Under the pieces are notes generated by a model, which did not search any database, was not told the DNA's origin, and saw only the letters and a program-made list of their open reading frames with translations. DNA of 64,000 nt from a virus. Position numbers and translations under genes: made by a program. The stretch lies in the IMG/VR virus record IMGVR_UViG_3300020430_000007; one strand, given 5' to 3'. This document shows, piece by piece, positions 1 to 8,394 of the stretch (position 1 is the first letter of the stretch; every line of letters begins with the position of its first letter).

Positions 1-55
1 TATGCGAACGTGTAGATCAATTTTATCGAGGTAATTCAATTAAAAAACTTTCATA

Positions 56-82
56 AAAAGACTCCGTAAGGGGTCTTTTTTA
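56..82 (+). terminator. Rho-independent terminator
   Basis: AAAAAGACTCC-GTAA-GGGGTCTTTTTT stem-loop with T-tract. Confidence 0.75.
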
Positions 83-111
83 TTTCTAAATACTAGGTAC
101 TCCGCTAAAAT

Positions 112-255
112 ATGTTGAAAGATAAAAAAGCAGCAAAGAAACTTATAAAGAGAGCAAAAAAAAACCCTGATTTATACACGACAGATGACGTAAAGTATGC
201 TAAAATGTTGAGGAAATATATTAAAATAAATGAAACCAAGGCAAAAGAAGAGTAG
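112..255 (+). CDS. small basic hypothetical protein (47 aa, MLKDKKAAKKLIKRAKKNPDLY...)
   Basis: Translated by hand; below ORF-track cutoff; CTAAATA late-promoter-like site at 86-92. Confidence 0.6.
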   Translation: MLKDKKAAKKLIKRAKKNPDLYTTDDVKYAKMLRKYIKINETKAKEE

Positions 256-409
256 AACTTATTATTATTTTTGGGGGATTGCAACTGCATCTGTGGTTTT
301 AGGTCAAATTTATGTCGGCACAGGTTATCGTCTTATGTCAGAGTCATTTCACAGAGTCCTAGATACTATTGTAATTGAACTTACAGAACCAGAAGTCTAC
401 CCTTACTAA
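230..409 (+). CDS. small membrane hypothetical protein (59 aa, MKPRQKKSRTYYYFWGIATASVVLGQIYVG...)
   Basis: Hand translation; one hydrophobic segment; packs between neighbours. Confidence 0.6.
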   Translation: MKPRQKKSRTYYYFWGIATASVVLGQIYVGTGYRLMSESFHRVLDTIVIELTEPEVYPY

Positions 410-410
410 A

Positions 411-647
411 ATGAGAGCAGTAGTATACTCCAAAGACAATTGTCAGTGGTGTGATAGAGTCAAACAACTTTTCAATGCTACGGACATATCAATAACAGAA
501 TATAAATTCGGTGAACATTTTGATAAAAAAGCATTCTATGAAGAATTTGGTGAGGGTGCAACCTTTCCGCAAGTACAAATTGACGCAAAACACATAGGTG
601 GATGCAAGGAAACACTACAATACCTCCAGAGAAAAAAGTTGATTTAG
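411..647 (+). CDS. nrdC: glutaredoxin (NrdC-like)
   Basis: YSKDNCQWC CxxC motif, TFPQV and HIGG motifs; ATG at 411. Confidence 0.9.
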   Translation: MRAVVYSKDNCQWCDRVKQLFNATDISITEYKFGEHFDKKAFYEEFGEGATFPQVQIDAKHIGGCKETLQYLQRKKLI

Positions 648-730
648 GTGATCTAAATAAAGGTGCCGAACTTTTGATGAGGAACCCTAAAACTGGAGAG
701 CAACTCAAGTACAAACAATGGAGATCTAAA

Positions 731-943
731 ATGCAACAAGCAATCATCGCACTATCAATTTCAGTGGGTATTCTCACACTAGGTTTAGGTCTTGTGATAG
801 GTTATCTTGTTCGAGCATATATACAAGACACAACTATACAATATTCCCATCCAGAAATGTTTGATGCTAATGGGAATCCATTACCCGATGAACTTCTTGC
901 TATAAGATTCGAGGGTGATATAAAAGAAAATGATGATGATTAA
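731..943 (+). CDS. DUF2973-like membrane protein
   Basis: TM helix then HPEMFDANGNPLPDELLAIRFE; GGAG before ATG 731; the frame is open from 602 so the start is uncertain. Confidence 0.65.
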   Translation: MQQAIIALSISVGILTLGLGLVIGYLVRAYIQDTTIQYSHPEMFDANGNPLPDELLAIRFEGDIKENDDD

Positions 944-945
944 TT

Positions 946-1395
946 ATGGCTAAATTACCAAAAGATCCCTTGGTATCTGAAATTTTTAAAGCAGTACATG
1001 GGAAGAAAACAGTTGCACAAAAAGTTGAACTGTTATCAAAATACAAACGTGACGATGTAAAAGCAATTCTTATTTGGAATTTTGACAAAGGGATTGACAG
1101 TGCAGTGCCTGAGGGTGATGTTCCTTACAAACGTAATGATGCTCCTGCTGGAGTGGGGCACACTAGATTAGTGCACGAGTGGAGAACTTTATATAATTAC
1201 GTTAGAGGAGGAAATGATAAACTCTCTAACATGAGAAGAGAAACTTTATTTCTTCAACTCCTAGAGGGACTCCATGCTGATGAGGCAGAAGTAATATGTC
1301 TTGCAAAAGATGGTGACCTTCAAAGTAAGTATAAAATAACACGTAGTGTGGTAGAGCAAGCGTTTGGTGACGAAATAAAATGGAGAGACAGATAA
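946..1395 (+). CDS. conserved T4-like phage hypothetical protein
   Basis: 149 aa; PEGDVPY and RRETLFLQLLEGLHADEAE motifs. Confidence 0.7.
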   Translation: MAKLPKDPLVSEIFKAVHGKKTVAQKVELLSKYKRDDVKAILIWNFDKGIDSAVPEGDVPYKRNDAPAGVGHTRLVHEWRTLYNYVRGGNDKLSNMRRETLFLQLLEGLHADEAEVICLAKDGDLQSKYKITRSVVEQAFGDEIKWRDR

Positions 1396-1396
1396 C

Positions 1397-1425
1397 TTGA
1401 CTATATAATATGAATGTGTTATAAT
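1397..1425 (+). promoter_or_regulatory. sigma70-type promoter
   Basis: TTGACT-17nt-TATAAT. Confidence 0.8.
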
Positions 1426-1433
1426 CAACACAT

Positions 1434-1520
1434 ACGTTCATCCTGTAAAGGACGCAAGTAAGCCGACTCGGAACGGATCGTTCATCCCAATGGGACGCAC
1501 AAGTTGACTGAAGGAACGGG
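1434..1520 (+). ncRNA. tandem glutamine riboswitch-like aptamers (glnA motif)
   Basis: Two units CGTTCATCC..GGACGCA..GACT(C/GAA)GGAACG (1435-1475, 1479-1518) between promoter and DUF4278 gene. Confidence 0.75.
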
Positions 1521-1549
1521 TATTCACCCTACTACTTTGGAGAAAACCA

Positions 1550-1693
1550 ATGGCAAAAGTCACTTATCGTGGTGTCGAGTATGACACTGAAGAGTACAAC
1601 GCAAAAATTCTTGAAGAGAATGTAAAGCGTCAACGTCATGATCTAATGTATCGTGGCATCAAAGTCAAGAGCAAGGCAAGTCCTTGTAGTTGA
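1550..1693 (+). CDS. DUF4278 family protein (47 aa)
   Basis: MAKVTYRGVEYDT...LMYRGIKV with duplicated YRG motif; GGAG RBS; hand translated. Confidence 0.85.
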   Translation: MAKVTYRGVEYDTEEYNAKILEENVKRQRHDLMYRGIKVKSKASPCS

Positions 1694-1699
1694 TTCATA

Positions 1700-1724
1700 G
1701 GAGGTGTCATGCACCTCCTTTTTT
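1700..1724 (+). terminator. Rho-independent terminator
   Basis: GGAGGTG-TCATG-CACCTCC-TTTTTT. Confidence 0.8.
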
Positions 1725-1731
1725 ACTTCTA

Positions 1732-1878
1732 ATGATTAAAATTATTACTCACCCCCTAACAATATGTAACATCATGTTAGTGGGGTTTTTTATTCTTGTT
1801 GAGTTACTGCATATAAATTATCATAATAAAGAGTTGATGAACTGTGATAAGCATGCCAATAACGAACAATTATACTGA
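1732..1878 (+). CDS. small membrane hypothetical protein
   Basis: MIKIITHPLTICNIMLVGFFILVELLH...; ATG 1732 follows the terminator. Confidence 0.5.
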   Translation: MIKIITHPLTICNIMLVGFFILVELLHINYHNKELMNCDKHANNEQLY

Positions 1879-1892
1879 TAGGTCTCACTAAC

Positions 1893-2906
1893 ATGAAACC
1901 AAAAATGTTATTATTTTGTGGTTGGGGTCACTCTGCAACCTCTCCTCTTATTTACACTCTTCAGCGTAACCTTAAGTACGCTCACTTTGGTTACACCAAA
2001 ATTTTTAAGATCCTATCAAGACCTAAATGGAAAAATAATGAGTTGATTTATACAAATGCGTCTTATAATAATGCTGATAAAATTTATAAAAAGCACTCTC
2101 AAGGCACTTGGGAAAACTACAAATCTTATCAACCATCAACCCATAGAATGAATCTTAGAGTTGATCTTGAACCTCTTGATGATTTCTCCAATAATCACCT
2201 TGCTAAACTTGTCACTGGTAATCCATCAATCTCAAAGTACATGGATTTTTTTCATGCACTTCATGATCATGTTATTACCAAAGGTTACAAGTCTGTAGGT
2301 GATGCTTACATGGGTCGTTGTGTAAGACTAGATGATTATAGAAAAAAAGAAACTAAACCTCTTAAAAATAAAATTGAATCAATTAAGCGATATACAAAGA
2401 CACTCAAATCCGAATTTGATGTCAAGGTTCTATGCATCGCTAGAGATCCTATACGTCGTGCTTTCGCAAATTATCTTTATAGATTTCAAAAGATACAGGA
2501 TGCAAATATTCATAAAAATGAGGGACATATATTACCTCTTTCATTACGCATGGATGACTATGTGTATGATATAAACACGATTCGTAAATTATTTAAGGAT
2601 AATTTCTATTGCATTGTCATGGAGGAATTATGGGAAGGAGACGGTGTGACGGTTTTATCTGAATTTTTAGAACACCCCATCAAAAAATCAGACTTGTGGA
2701 AAAACCTGTATGCACCAGACAAAGGTCACTTTGTAAAGTTTGACAAAGATGTTCCCTGTCAAGCGTATGCACAAGACTTACTAAAACTTACCCCAGACAT
2801 ATATTGGTACTACAGAAAAAAATATAATTTTGTTTATGAAAAGTGGAAGGAAACTTTTGGAAGTTTGCCACTGCACTGGGGAGAACCAATTGAATATAAA
2901 GCTTGA
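1893..2906 (+). CDS. sulfotransferase-like P-loop protein
   Basis: GWGHSATSPL (5'-PSB-like) and IARDPIRRAF (3'-PB-like) motifs; paralogue of 11693..12541. Confidence 0.6.
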   Translation: MKPKMLLFCGWGHSATSPLIYTLQRNLKYAHFGYTKIFKILSRPKWKNNELIYTNASYNNADKIYKKHSQGTWENYKSYQPSTHRMNLRVDLEPLDDFSNNHLAKLVTGNPSISKYMDFFHALHDHVITKGYKSVGDAYMGRCVRLDDYRKKETKPLKNKIESIKRYTKTLKSEFDVKVLCIARDPIRRAFANYLYRFQKIQDANIHKNEGHILPLSLRMDDYVYDINTIRKLFKDNFYCIVMEELWEGDGVTVLSEFLEHPIKKSDLWKNLYAPDKGHFVKFDKDVPCQAYAQDLLKLTPDIYWYYRKKYNFVYEKWKETFGSLPLHWGEPIEYKA

Positions 2907-2930
2907 CAATATATTTGCATGTGCTATAAT
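2903..2930 (+). promoter_or_regulatory. sigma70-type promoter
   Basis: TTGACA-16nt-TATAAT with TG upstream of -10. Confidence 0.75.
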
Positions 2931-2951
2931 AAATGAGTAACGACGGTTACG

Positions 2952-3118
2952 TGGGAGTGACTGAATAATCTTTCTGGCAAACGCTGGATAAGGTGATGAG
3001 ACACAGGTGGTGCTGCACCGTTCGGTGAATCGACTTACCAGTCGGGTCTCAGGCAAGAACGTTTTTTACTCTGTAGTAATGCCCGTTCTTTGTTGGTATA
3101 CAGAAATCCAACCTCCCC
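2952..3118 (+). ncRNA. manA-like structured RNA motif
   Basis: GC-enriched intergenic; helices GGGAG/CTCCC (2953/3113), GAGAC/GTCTC (2998/3046), CACC/GGTG, AAGAACG/CGTTCTT, GTTGG/CCAAC; family name from recall of the cyanophage manA motif. Confidence 0.7.
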
Positions 3119-3131
3119 TACATTATTTTTT

Positions 3132-3269
3132 ATGGACAGAGATAAACTAAAAATTATTGTAAATGATCTTGAGATACTACTCGGTGCGTTGAAAGCAGAG
3201 GTATTTTCAGACGAAAAATCATATAGATATGATGATATTGAACCAATTGAATTTGATGAGGAACTCTGA
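3132..3269 (+). CDS. small acidic hypothetical protein (45 aa, MDRDKLKIIVNDLEILLGALKAEVFSD...)
   Basis: Hand translation; stop overlaps next start (TGATG). Confidence 0.7.
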   Translation: MDRDKLKIIVNDLEILLGALKAEVFSDEKSYRYDDIEPIEFDEEL

Positions 3270-3673
3270 TGCATAATCTACGTGGAGTTCATGGATGTAT
3301 CGTCAGTGCCTACGGTGACTGGAGGTTATCAGAACATGAGCAGGTATTGAAACTAAAACATATAGAACACCTATTGACAGATGATAGGTTGCAAGACGTA
3401 TTGTTTGATGATATTGCATGGAAGGGTATGCATTTACCTATGGAGCAGAGAAGAGATAAATGTATTTGTTGTTATGGAGTAAGGTATCATAATTGTAACA
3501 TAAATTACCCTCCTATTTTGTGCATAGATACACCTAATCCATTCAATAAAAAATATAGACTACTTGATGGCAAGCATCGATTAGAAAAAATGTTAGCACA
3601 ACATAAAAATAAATCAAAATTTTATGTGCTAGAATATGACGACATCAAGAAGTTTTTAATTCAAAAAACATGA
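3269..3673 (+). CDS. ParB/sulfiredoxin-like domain protein
   Basis: YPPIL...YRLLDGKHRLEK (DGxHR motif). Confidence 0.55.
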   Translation: MHNLRGVHGCIVSAYGDWRLSEHEQVLKLKHIEHLLTDDRLQDVLFDDIAWKGMHLPMEQRRDKCICCYGVRYHNCNINYPPILCIDTPNPFNKKYRLLDGKHRLEKMLAQHKNKSKFYVLEYDDIKKFLIQKT

Positions 3674-4317
3674 CAGTAAAATTAGTAAGCATCACTCCTG
3701 ACGCTGAACAGACGATGGCATACATTGCCAGAGTATCTAATCCTTCTAATCAAGAGAACGAAAAATATGCTGGACTATTAAAGTATTGCATTAAGCACAA
3801 CCATTGGTCTGTGTTTGAGCAATCTACCATGACGGTAGAAATTGAGACCACCCGTGCAATCGCAGCACAAATATTACGACACAGATCATTTACTTTTCAA
3901 GAATTTAGTCAAAGGTATGCTGACACTAAATTGCTTGAGGCAGTTGCATTACCAGAATTGAGAAGACAAGATACAAAAAATCGACAGAACTCTATTGATG
4001 ATTTAGATCCTGAGATTGTAGATAAATTGAATAAGCAAATGAAAACTTTATTCAGTTCTTCCTCTGCATTATATAATCAGATGCTTGAGTGTGGTGTTGC
4101 AAAAGAGTGTGCTAGAATGGTGTTACCACTTTGTACGCCAACTAAAATTTATATGACAGGATCATGTCGTTCTTGGATACACTATATAAATTTAAGATCT
4201 GCACATGGCACTCAGAAAGAGCACATGATGATTGCTAAAGCAGTTAAGGATGTATTTGTTGAGCAGTTTCCTGCTGTTAGTGAGGCATTGGAATGGGAAA
4301 AAGAATCGCAGGAATAA
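3670..4317 (+). CDS. thyX: FAD-dependent thymidylate synthase
   Basis: HWSVFE, RHRSFTFQEFSQRY signature. Confidence 0.97.
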   Translation: MTVKLVSITPDAEQTMAYIARVSNPSNQENEKYAGLLKYCIKHNHWSVFEQSTMTVEIETTRAIAAQILRHRSFTFQEFSQRYADTKLLEAVALPELRRQDTKNRQNSIDDLDPEIVDKLNKQMKTLFSSSSALYNQMLECGVAKECARMVLPLCTPTKIYMTGSCRSWIHYINLRSAHGTQKEHMMIAKAVKDVFVEQFPAVSEALEWEKESQE

Positions 4318-5330
4318 ATCTTGCAAAAAATGGTTCGCTTGTTATATTAAATGATGGTGAGATAGAATTTTACTTAGAGGAGGAACGTGTCACAAGATCT
4401 AAAAGAGATGTCAGTGCGAAAACTCTTACCAATAAGTATATTGATTCTAGCATTGATGCTCTTGCCATATGTGATAGTTTTACAAGAAATAATAAAAAAA
4501 GATACCTTGAAAGAACTAAAGCAAAAAACGAAATCTGTAAAATTGCAAAGTCAAAAGGGTGTTTATCTATTATAGATTATAGACAAAGGCATCATGAGTG
4601 CCATGCTGCAAATGCATTTTATAATTCTGGATTCGATGATGCAGTGTGTGTAGTGATGGATGGTAAGGGATCCTACTACACAGATGATAGTGTGTCAAGA
4701 GTATCAGGGTTTGGTGATGTAGGTGTTTCTCTTAAGTATGCAGAGATAGAAAGCATCTATGATTATTCTGGTAAGTTTACACCCTTATTCAAACATTACT
4801 CTACCTTTTGGAGTGAGGATGAGACAGACTTAATGGATGAACCATATTGGTATAAAGGTAATCTTTACAGTAATAGGGTCAGTGTTGGTGAGGCGTTTAG
4901 AAATGTTTCACGTTATTGTGGTTTTGAAGAGATAGAGGCAGGTAAAACCATGGGTCTATCTGCCTACGGTCATTCCGCAGTCCCTGCTGACATATTTAAT
5001 GAAGAGTATGATCATAGTTTGTGTAGCACTATGTTCAAACCAGATGGCAACACAACAAAATACACAGGTGCTGAGCTTAGATGGGAGGACTTAGCGTATA
5101 GATTACAGAAATCGGCAGAAAAACATGCAATTTTTATGGTGAGAAAAGCAATAGAATTGAGTGGAAAGAGTAATGTTGTCTTGAGTGGTGGATTTTTCTT
5201 GAATTGTGCAGCAAATCAAAGTATAATAAAAGAGTTAGACATAAATTTATACGTCGATCCAATTGCGTACGATGGTGGCACCGCAATAGGATCTGCTTTA
5301 CTACATCATTATGATACACATCTTATTTGA
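4293..5330 (+). CDS. carbamoyltransferase N-terminal (Kae1-like) domain, NodU/CmcH family
   Basis: EEERVTRSK, HHECHAANAF, VMDGKG, AGKTMGLSAYG, SGGFFLNC, DGGTAIG. Confidence 0.88.
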   Translation: MGKRIAGINLAKNGSLVILNDGEIEFYLEEERVTRSKRDVSAKTLTNKYIDSSIDALAICDSFTRNNKKRYLERTKAKNEICKIAKSKGCLSIIDYRQRHHECHAANAFYNSGFDDAVCVVMDGKGSYYTDDSVSRVSGFGDVGVSLKYAEIESIYDYSGKFTPLFKHYSTFWSEDETDLMDEPYWYKGNLYSNRVSVGEAFRNVSRYCGFEEIEAGKTMGLSAYGHSAVPADIFNEEYDHSLCSTMFKPDGNTTKYTGAELRWEDLAYRLQKSAEKHAIFMVRKAIELSGKSNVVLSGGFFLNCAANQSIIKELDINLYVDPIAYDGGTAIGSALLHHYDTHLI

Positions 5331-5661
5331 CCTTATAGATTGCCCCTATGACCTTCTTAATGAGGAGGAATTTATAAAGGATAGTCTTATAAATGCATCG
5401 GTAATTGCTAAATCACCTTACATAAGAATTGATACAAATAAGTTTGACCCACAAGGTGTTACAGGTTATGCTTTGCTTGAAGAGAGTCATATAAGCATAC
5501 ATACATGGCCTGAAAATAGTATTGCAAAGTGTGACATTTTTTGTTGTGGTGATGCTGCAGAACCAAGAAAGGCAGTAGAATATTTACATCGTAGATTTAA
5601 ATCACAAGAAGTCAGAAAATGGATTTGCGATAGATCTAGTAGAATTATAACTGTATTATGA
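5311..5661 (+). CDS. speD: S-adenosylmethionine decarboxylase proenzyme (class 1B)
   Basis: PQGVTGYALLEESHISIHTWPE, CDIFCCG. Confidence 0.9.
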   Translation: MIHILFDLIDCPYDLLNEEEFIKDSLINASVIAKSPYIRIDTNKFDPQGVTGYALLEESHISIHTWPENSIAKCDIFCCGDAAEPRKAVEYLHRRFKSQEVRKWICDRSSRIITVL

Positions 5662-5945
5662 CACAAACAGAGTTTAGGTTTACCGTTGATGGTAATAAGT
5701 ATAATATTGATTTACATAAGAAACCTACTGAAAATTTAGAGGCACTTATGAAAGAACTTACCAAGAGATTGGAAGAAGAAAGTCCAGAAAATAAAGAAAC
5801 AATAGCATACCTTTTAGGTTGTAGAGATGTTGTTGATTATCTGGCAACAGGAAAACTTCCGAGTGAAAAGGATCACGATCCTATAAGATCAGATCCCGCA
5901 TTACAATTTAAGGACAAGGTAAACTTCACTCCAAGATACATCTGA
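5658..5945 (+). CDS. hypothetical protein
   Basis: 95 aa ORF with ATGA overlap to speD. Confidence 0.6.
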   Translation: MTQTEFRFTVDGNKYNIDLHKKPTENLEALMKELTKRLEEESPENKETIAYLLGCRDVVDYLATGKLPSEKDHDPIRSDPALQFKDKVNFTPRYI

Positions 5946-5956
5946 TACAAAAAACT

Positions 5957-6418
5957 ATGAAGGAATTTAATTATGACCTCGATTATAGTAGGATTGACTT
6001 TTCACTTGAAGAAAATCGCAAACTTTATCGCATTGGAAGGGGAGAACAAGGAGTGCTATTGGTTCGCCCTTATACTCACGATATATGCCCTTATTGGAGA
6101 TTCAAGACTCCAGAACTTGCAGTAAAATCTTCCAATCATATCTACGGTATGTATAAAGACTACCAAGATAAAAAAGATTTTATTGGTATGGATATGTGTC
6201 GTAAGTTTTTAGAGATGGGTTTTACGAGGTCAAGGAGATATGCCAATCATAAGACAGGCAAGAAATATGATGCCGAAGGAAAAGTAAGACCCCAAGATCC
6301 AGATCATGCTACAAATAAGTATGCTAAGTCCGCACAAATATTTAAGAAAGTTAGGGATTTAGTTGCAAAAAATGAGACATATGTTAGCATGAGAAAACAA
6401 TGGAGATCAAATGAATGA
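5957..6418 (+). CDS. DUF4385 family protein
   Basis: YRIGRGEQGVLLVRPY, GMDMCRKFLEMGFTRSRRYANHK. Confidence 0.85.
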   Translation: MKEFNYDLDYSRIDFSLEENRKLYRIGRGEQGVLLVRPYTHDICPYWRFKTPELAVKSSNHIYGMYKDYQDKKDFIGMDMCRKFLEMGFTRSRRYANHKTGKKYDAEGKVRPQDPDHATNKYAKSAQIFKKVRDLVAKNETYVSMRKQWRSNE

Positions 6419-6927
6419 ATATATTTGTCACCGATCCTTCACCCTATGTCTCTGCTCAGGTACTACCTGACAAACATGTCGTCAAGATGCCATTAGAGAC
6501 TTGTCAGATGCTATCTATTGTTTGCTCTGATAAGTGGGGACATAGTTATGGTCAGTTACATCGAATCAATGGCGAACCATACAAGACAGAGAAAGGTGCA
6601 TTTCGTAATCATCCTTGTACAGTTTGGGCAAATCAATCTCTCATCAATACATGGTGGTTAGTTGCTCATGGTATAGGATTGTGTCAAGAATATACACATA
6701 GATATAATAAGGTGCATAGTTGTCAAAAAACTATCGAGGAAGCACAAAGTATAATACCTTATGGTTACTATAAAACACCATCAACATTTACTTTTGCAGG
6801 TCCTGATCAGTTCAAGCATGATAAAACTATTGACATCTTCACTGCCTACAAAAGATATATTGCATCTAAACCTTGGGTCTCTAATAACTATCTACGTGAC
6901 CCTTCTAGAAAACCTTGTTGGTTATGA
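6415..6927 (+). CDS. denV: pyrimidine-dimer DNA glycosylase / endonuclease V family protein
   Basis: MNIFVTD...DKHVVKMPLETCQMLS, NHPCTVW, EYTHRYNKVH. Confidence 0.8.
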   Translation: MNIFVTDPSPYVSAQVLPDKHVVKMPLETCQMLSIVCSDKWGHSYGQLHRINGEPYKTEKGAFRNHPCTVWANQSLINTWWLVAHGIGLCQEYTHRYNKVHSCQKTIEEAQSIIPYGYYKTPSTFTFAGPDQFKHDKTIDIFTAYKRYIASKPWVSNNYLRDPSRKPCWL

Positions 6928-7571
6928 AAACAATTTACCTAGGACCTGAATATGATTTGTCTGATATTGATGGTGACACTATCAATCCTAGACAAGTAGC
7001 ATCTTTGTTAGCTTTCGGTGAGAGAGATGTAGACATTGACTCAGGTAAATTTTATTCAATGGAGCATCGAAAGGTCATAGCAATTTTTCAAGGTAGATCA
7101 GAGGCAGGACCTAGAGCATTAGGTAATCGTTCTATACTTTATGATCCAAGAGATCCAGCAGGTAGAGATAAGATCAATACTATCAAGCATAGAGAAGGGT
7201 TCAGACCCTTTGCAGGCACAGTTTTAAAGGAACATGCAGATAAATATTTTGACATGGCAGGGTTGGATGAGTCACCTTACATGACCTTTGCTGTTGACGT
7301 GAGAGAAGAGTGGGTGGACAATATACCTGCGATAAATCATGTTGATAACACATGTAGAGTACAAACTGTTACAAGAGAACAGAACCAACACTTCTATGAT
7401 TTGATAGTAGAGTTTGAAAAACTCACATCAATTCCTATACTATTAAACACATCGTTTAATCTAGCAGGTGAACCTATGGTTGAGACACCAGAGGATGCTA
7501 TCAGAACACTAGAGGGTAGCGACATTGATTACATTTACTTCCCAGAGATCGGTAAACTCAGGGGAAAATGA
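6924..7571 (+). CDS. carbamoyltransferase C-terminal (YrdC-like) domain
   Basis: QGRSEAGPRALGNRSIL, KHREGFRPFA, HVDNTCRVQTV, LLNTSFN. Confidence 0.92.
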   Translation: MKTIYLGPEYDLSDIDGDTINPRQVASLLAFGERDVDIDSGKFYSMEHRKVIAIFQGRSEAGPRALGNRSILYDPRDPAGRDKINTIKHREGFRPFAGTVLKEHADKYFDMAGLDESPYMTFAVDVREEWVDNIPAINHVDNTCRVQTVTREQNQHFYDLIVEFEKLTSIPILLNTSFNLAGEPMVETPEDAIRTLEGSDIDYIYFPEIGKLRGK

Positions 7572-7632
7572 CTTTTTATTTTCAAATATTTGGGAAAAAA
7601 AATTCGGGAAATTTTTTGACCCTTAAGTTTTT
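7563..7632. repeat. A/T-tract intergenic element, copy 1
   Basis: AAAATGACTTTTT..TTTCAAA..GAAAAAAAATTCGGG..TTTTTTG..GTTTTTA; similar to 15239-15307. Confidence 0.65.
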
Positions 7633-8394
7633 ATGAATATATTAGGAGTAAACTTATCTAACAACGCATCCATCTGCATCATGAAAAATGGTGTGATAGA
7701 TTTGTATGTTGAATCAGAGAGAATTAATAGAAAAAAATACAGCAATTCAATTAAATCACTATTACACCTCATAACATGTGATATAGACGTTATAGCAGTA
7801 GCAGACGCTTACTGGGATAAACCTTCAAAAGAATTACAATCTGTAATTGAGTTGAGAAAGGTGATAAAAATGTTTCCTAACGCTAGAGTTTGTGATTACA
7901 GACATCTACATCATAAATGCCATGCTGCGTGTGCATGGTATAGGTCTGGTTTTGATAGTGCCGTTGCTATTGTGGTGGATGCAAATGGTTCTAAGAATGA
8001 TAAAATAGAGACAGAAACCATATTTGATTTACCATCATGGGATATAGTACATAAAAAATATTTTGATGAAGATGATGTAGGTATTGGCAAGGAGTTTGAA
8101 TTATGTTGTATTAGACATGGTTGGCATCACATGGACGCTGGAAAGGTGATGGGAAAGGCATCTTATGGACTTAGTGATTGTTATAGAGTGCAAAAAAAGT
8201 GGGAAACAAGAGCACTTGAGCTGGCAAATCTATCGGAAAAGAACTTGATACTTGTTGGTGGTTGCTTCTTGAATTGTACTGTCAACTACATGCTAAAGAA
8301 AAAACTTGGTCGAAAAATTTATGCTGAACCCATCTCAACTGATGGAGGCACTAGCATAGGAGCTGCTTATCTTGCCCAAGCTGAGCATTCTTGA
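7633..8394 (+). CDS. second carbamoyltransferase N-terminal domain (compact)
   Basis: MNILGVN, ESERINRKK, HHKCHAACAW, AGKVMGKASYG, GGCFLNC, DGGTSIG. Confidence 0.85.
   Translation: MNILGVNLSNNASICIMKNGVIDLYVESERINRKKYSNSIKSLLHLITCDIDVIAVADAYWDKPSKELQSVIELRKVIKMFPNARVCDYRHLHHKCHAACAWYRSGFDSAVAIVVDANGSKNDKIETETIFDLPSWDIVHKKYFDEDDVGIGKEFELCCIRHGWHHMDAGKVMGKASYGLSDCYRVQKKWETRALELANLSEKNLILVGGCFLNCTVNYMLKKKLGRKIYAEPISTDGGTSIGAAYLAQAEHS

Noticed and set aside
2952-3118. tRNA or tmRNA
   Set aside because: No cloverleaf, T-arm or CCA end; fits a manA-like motif better. No tRNA was recognised in the window.
8372-8394. Programmed frameshift fusing carbamoyltransferase N2 to the radical SAM protein
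   Set aside because: A TTG start with a well-spaced GGAG explains the overlap; no slippery sequence seen.
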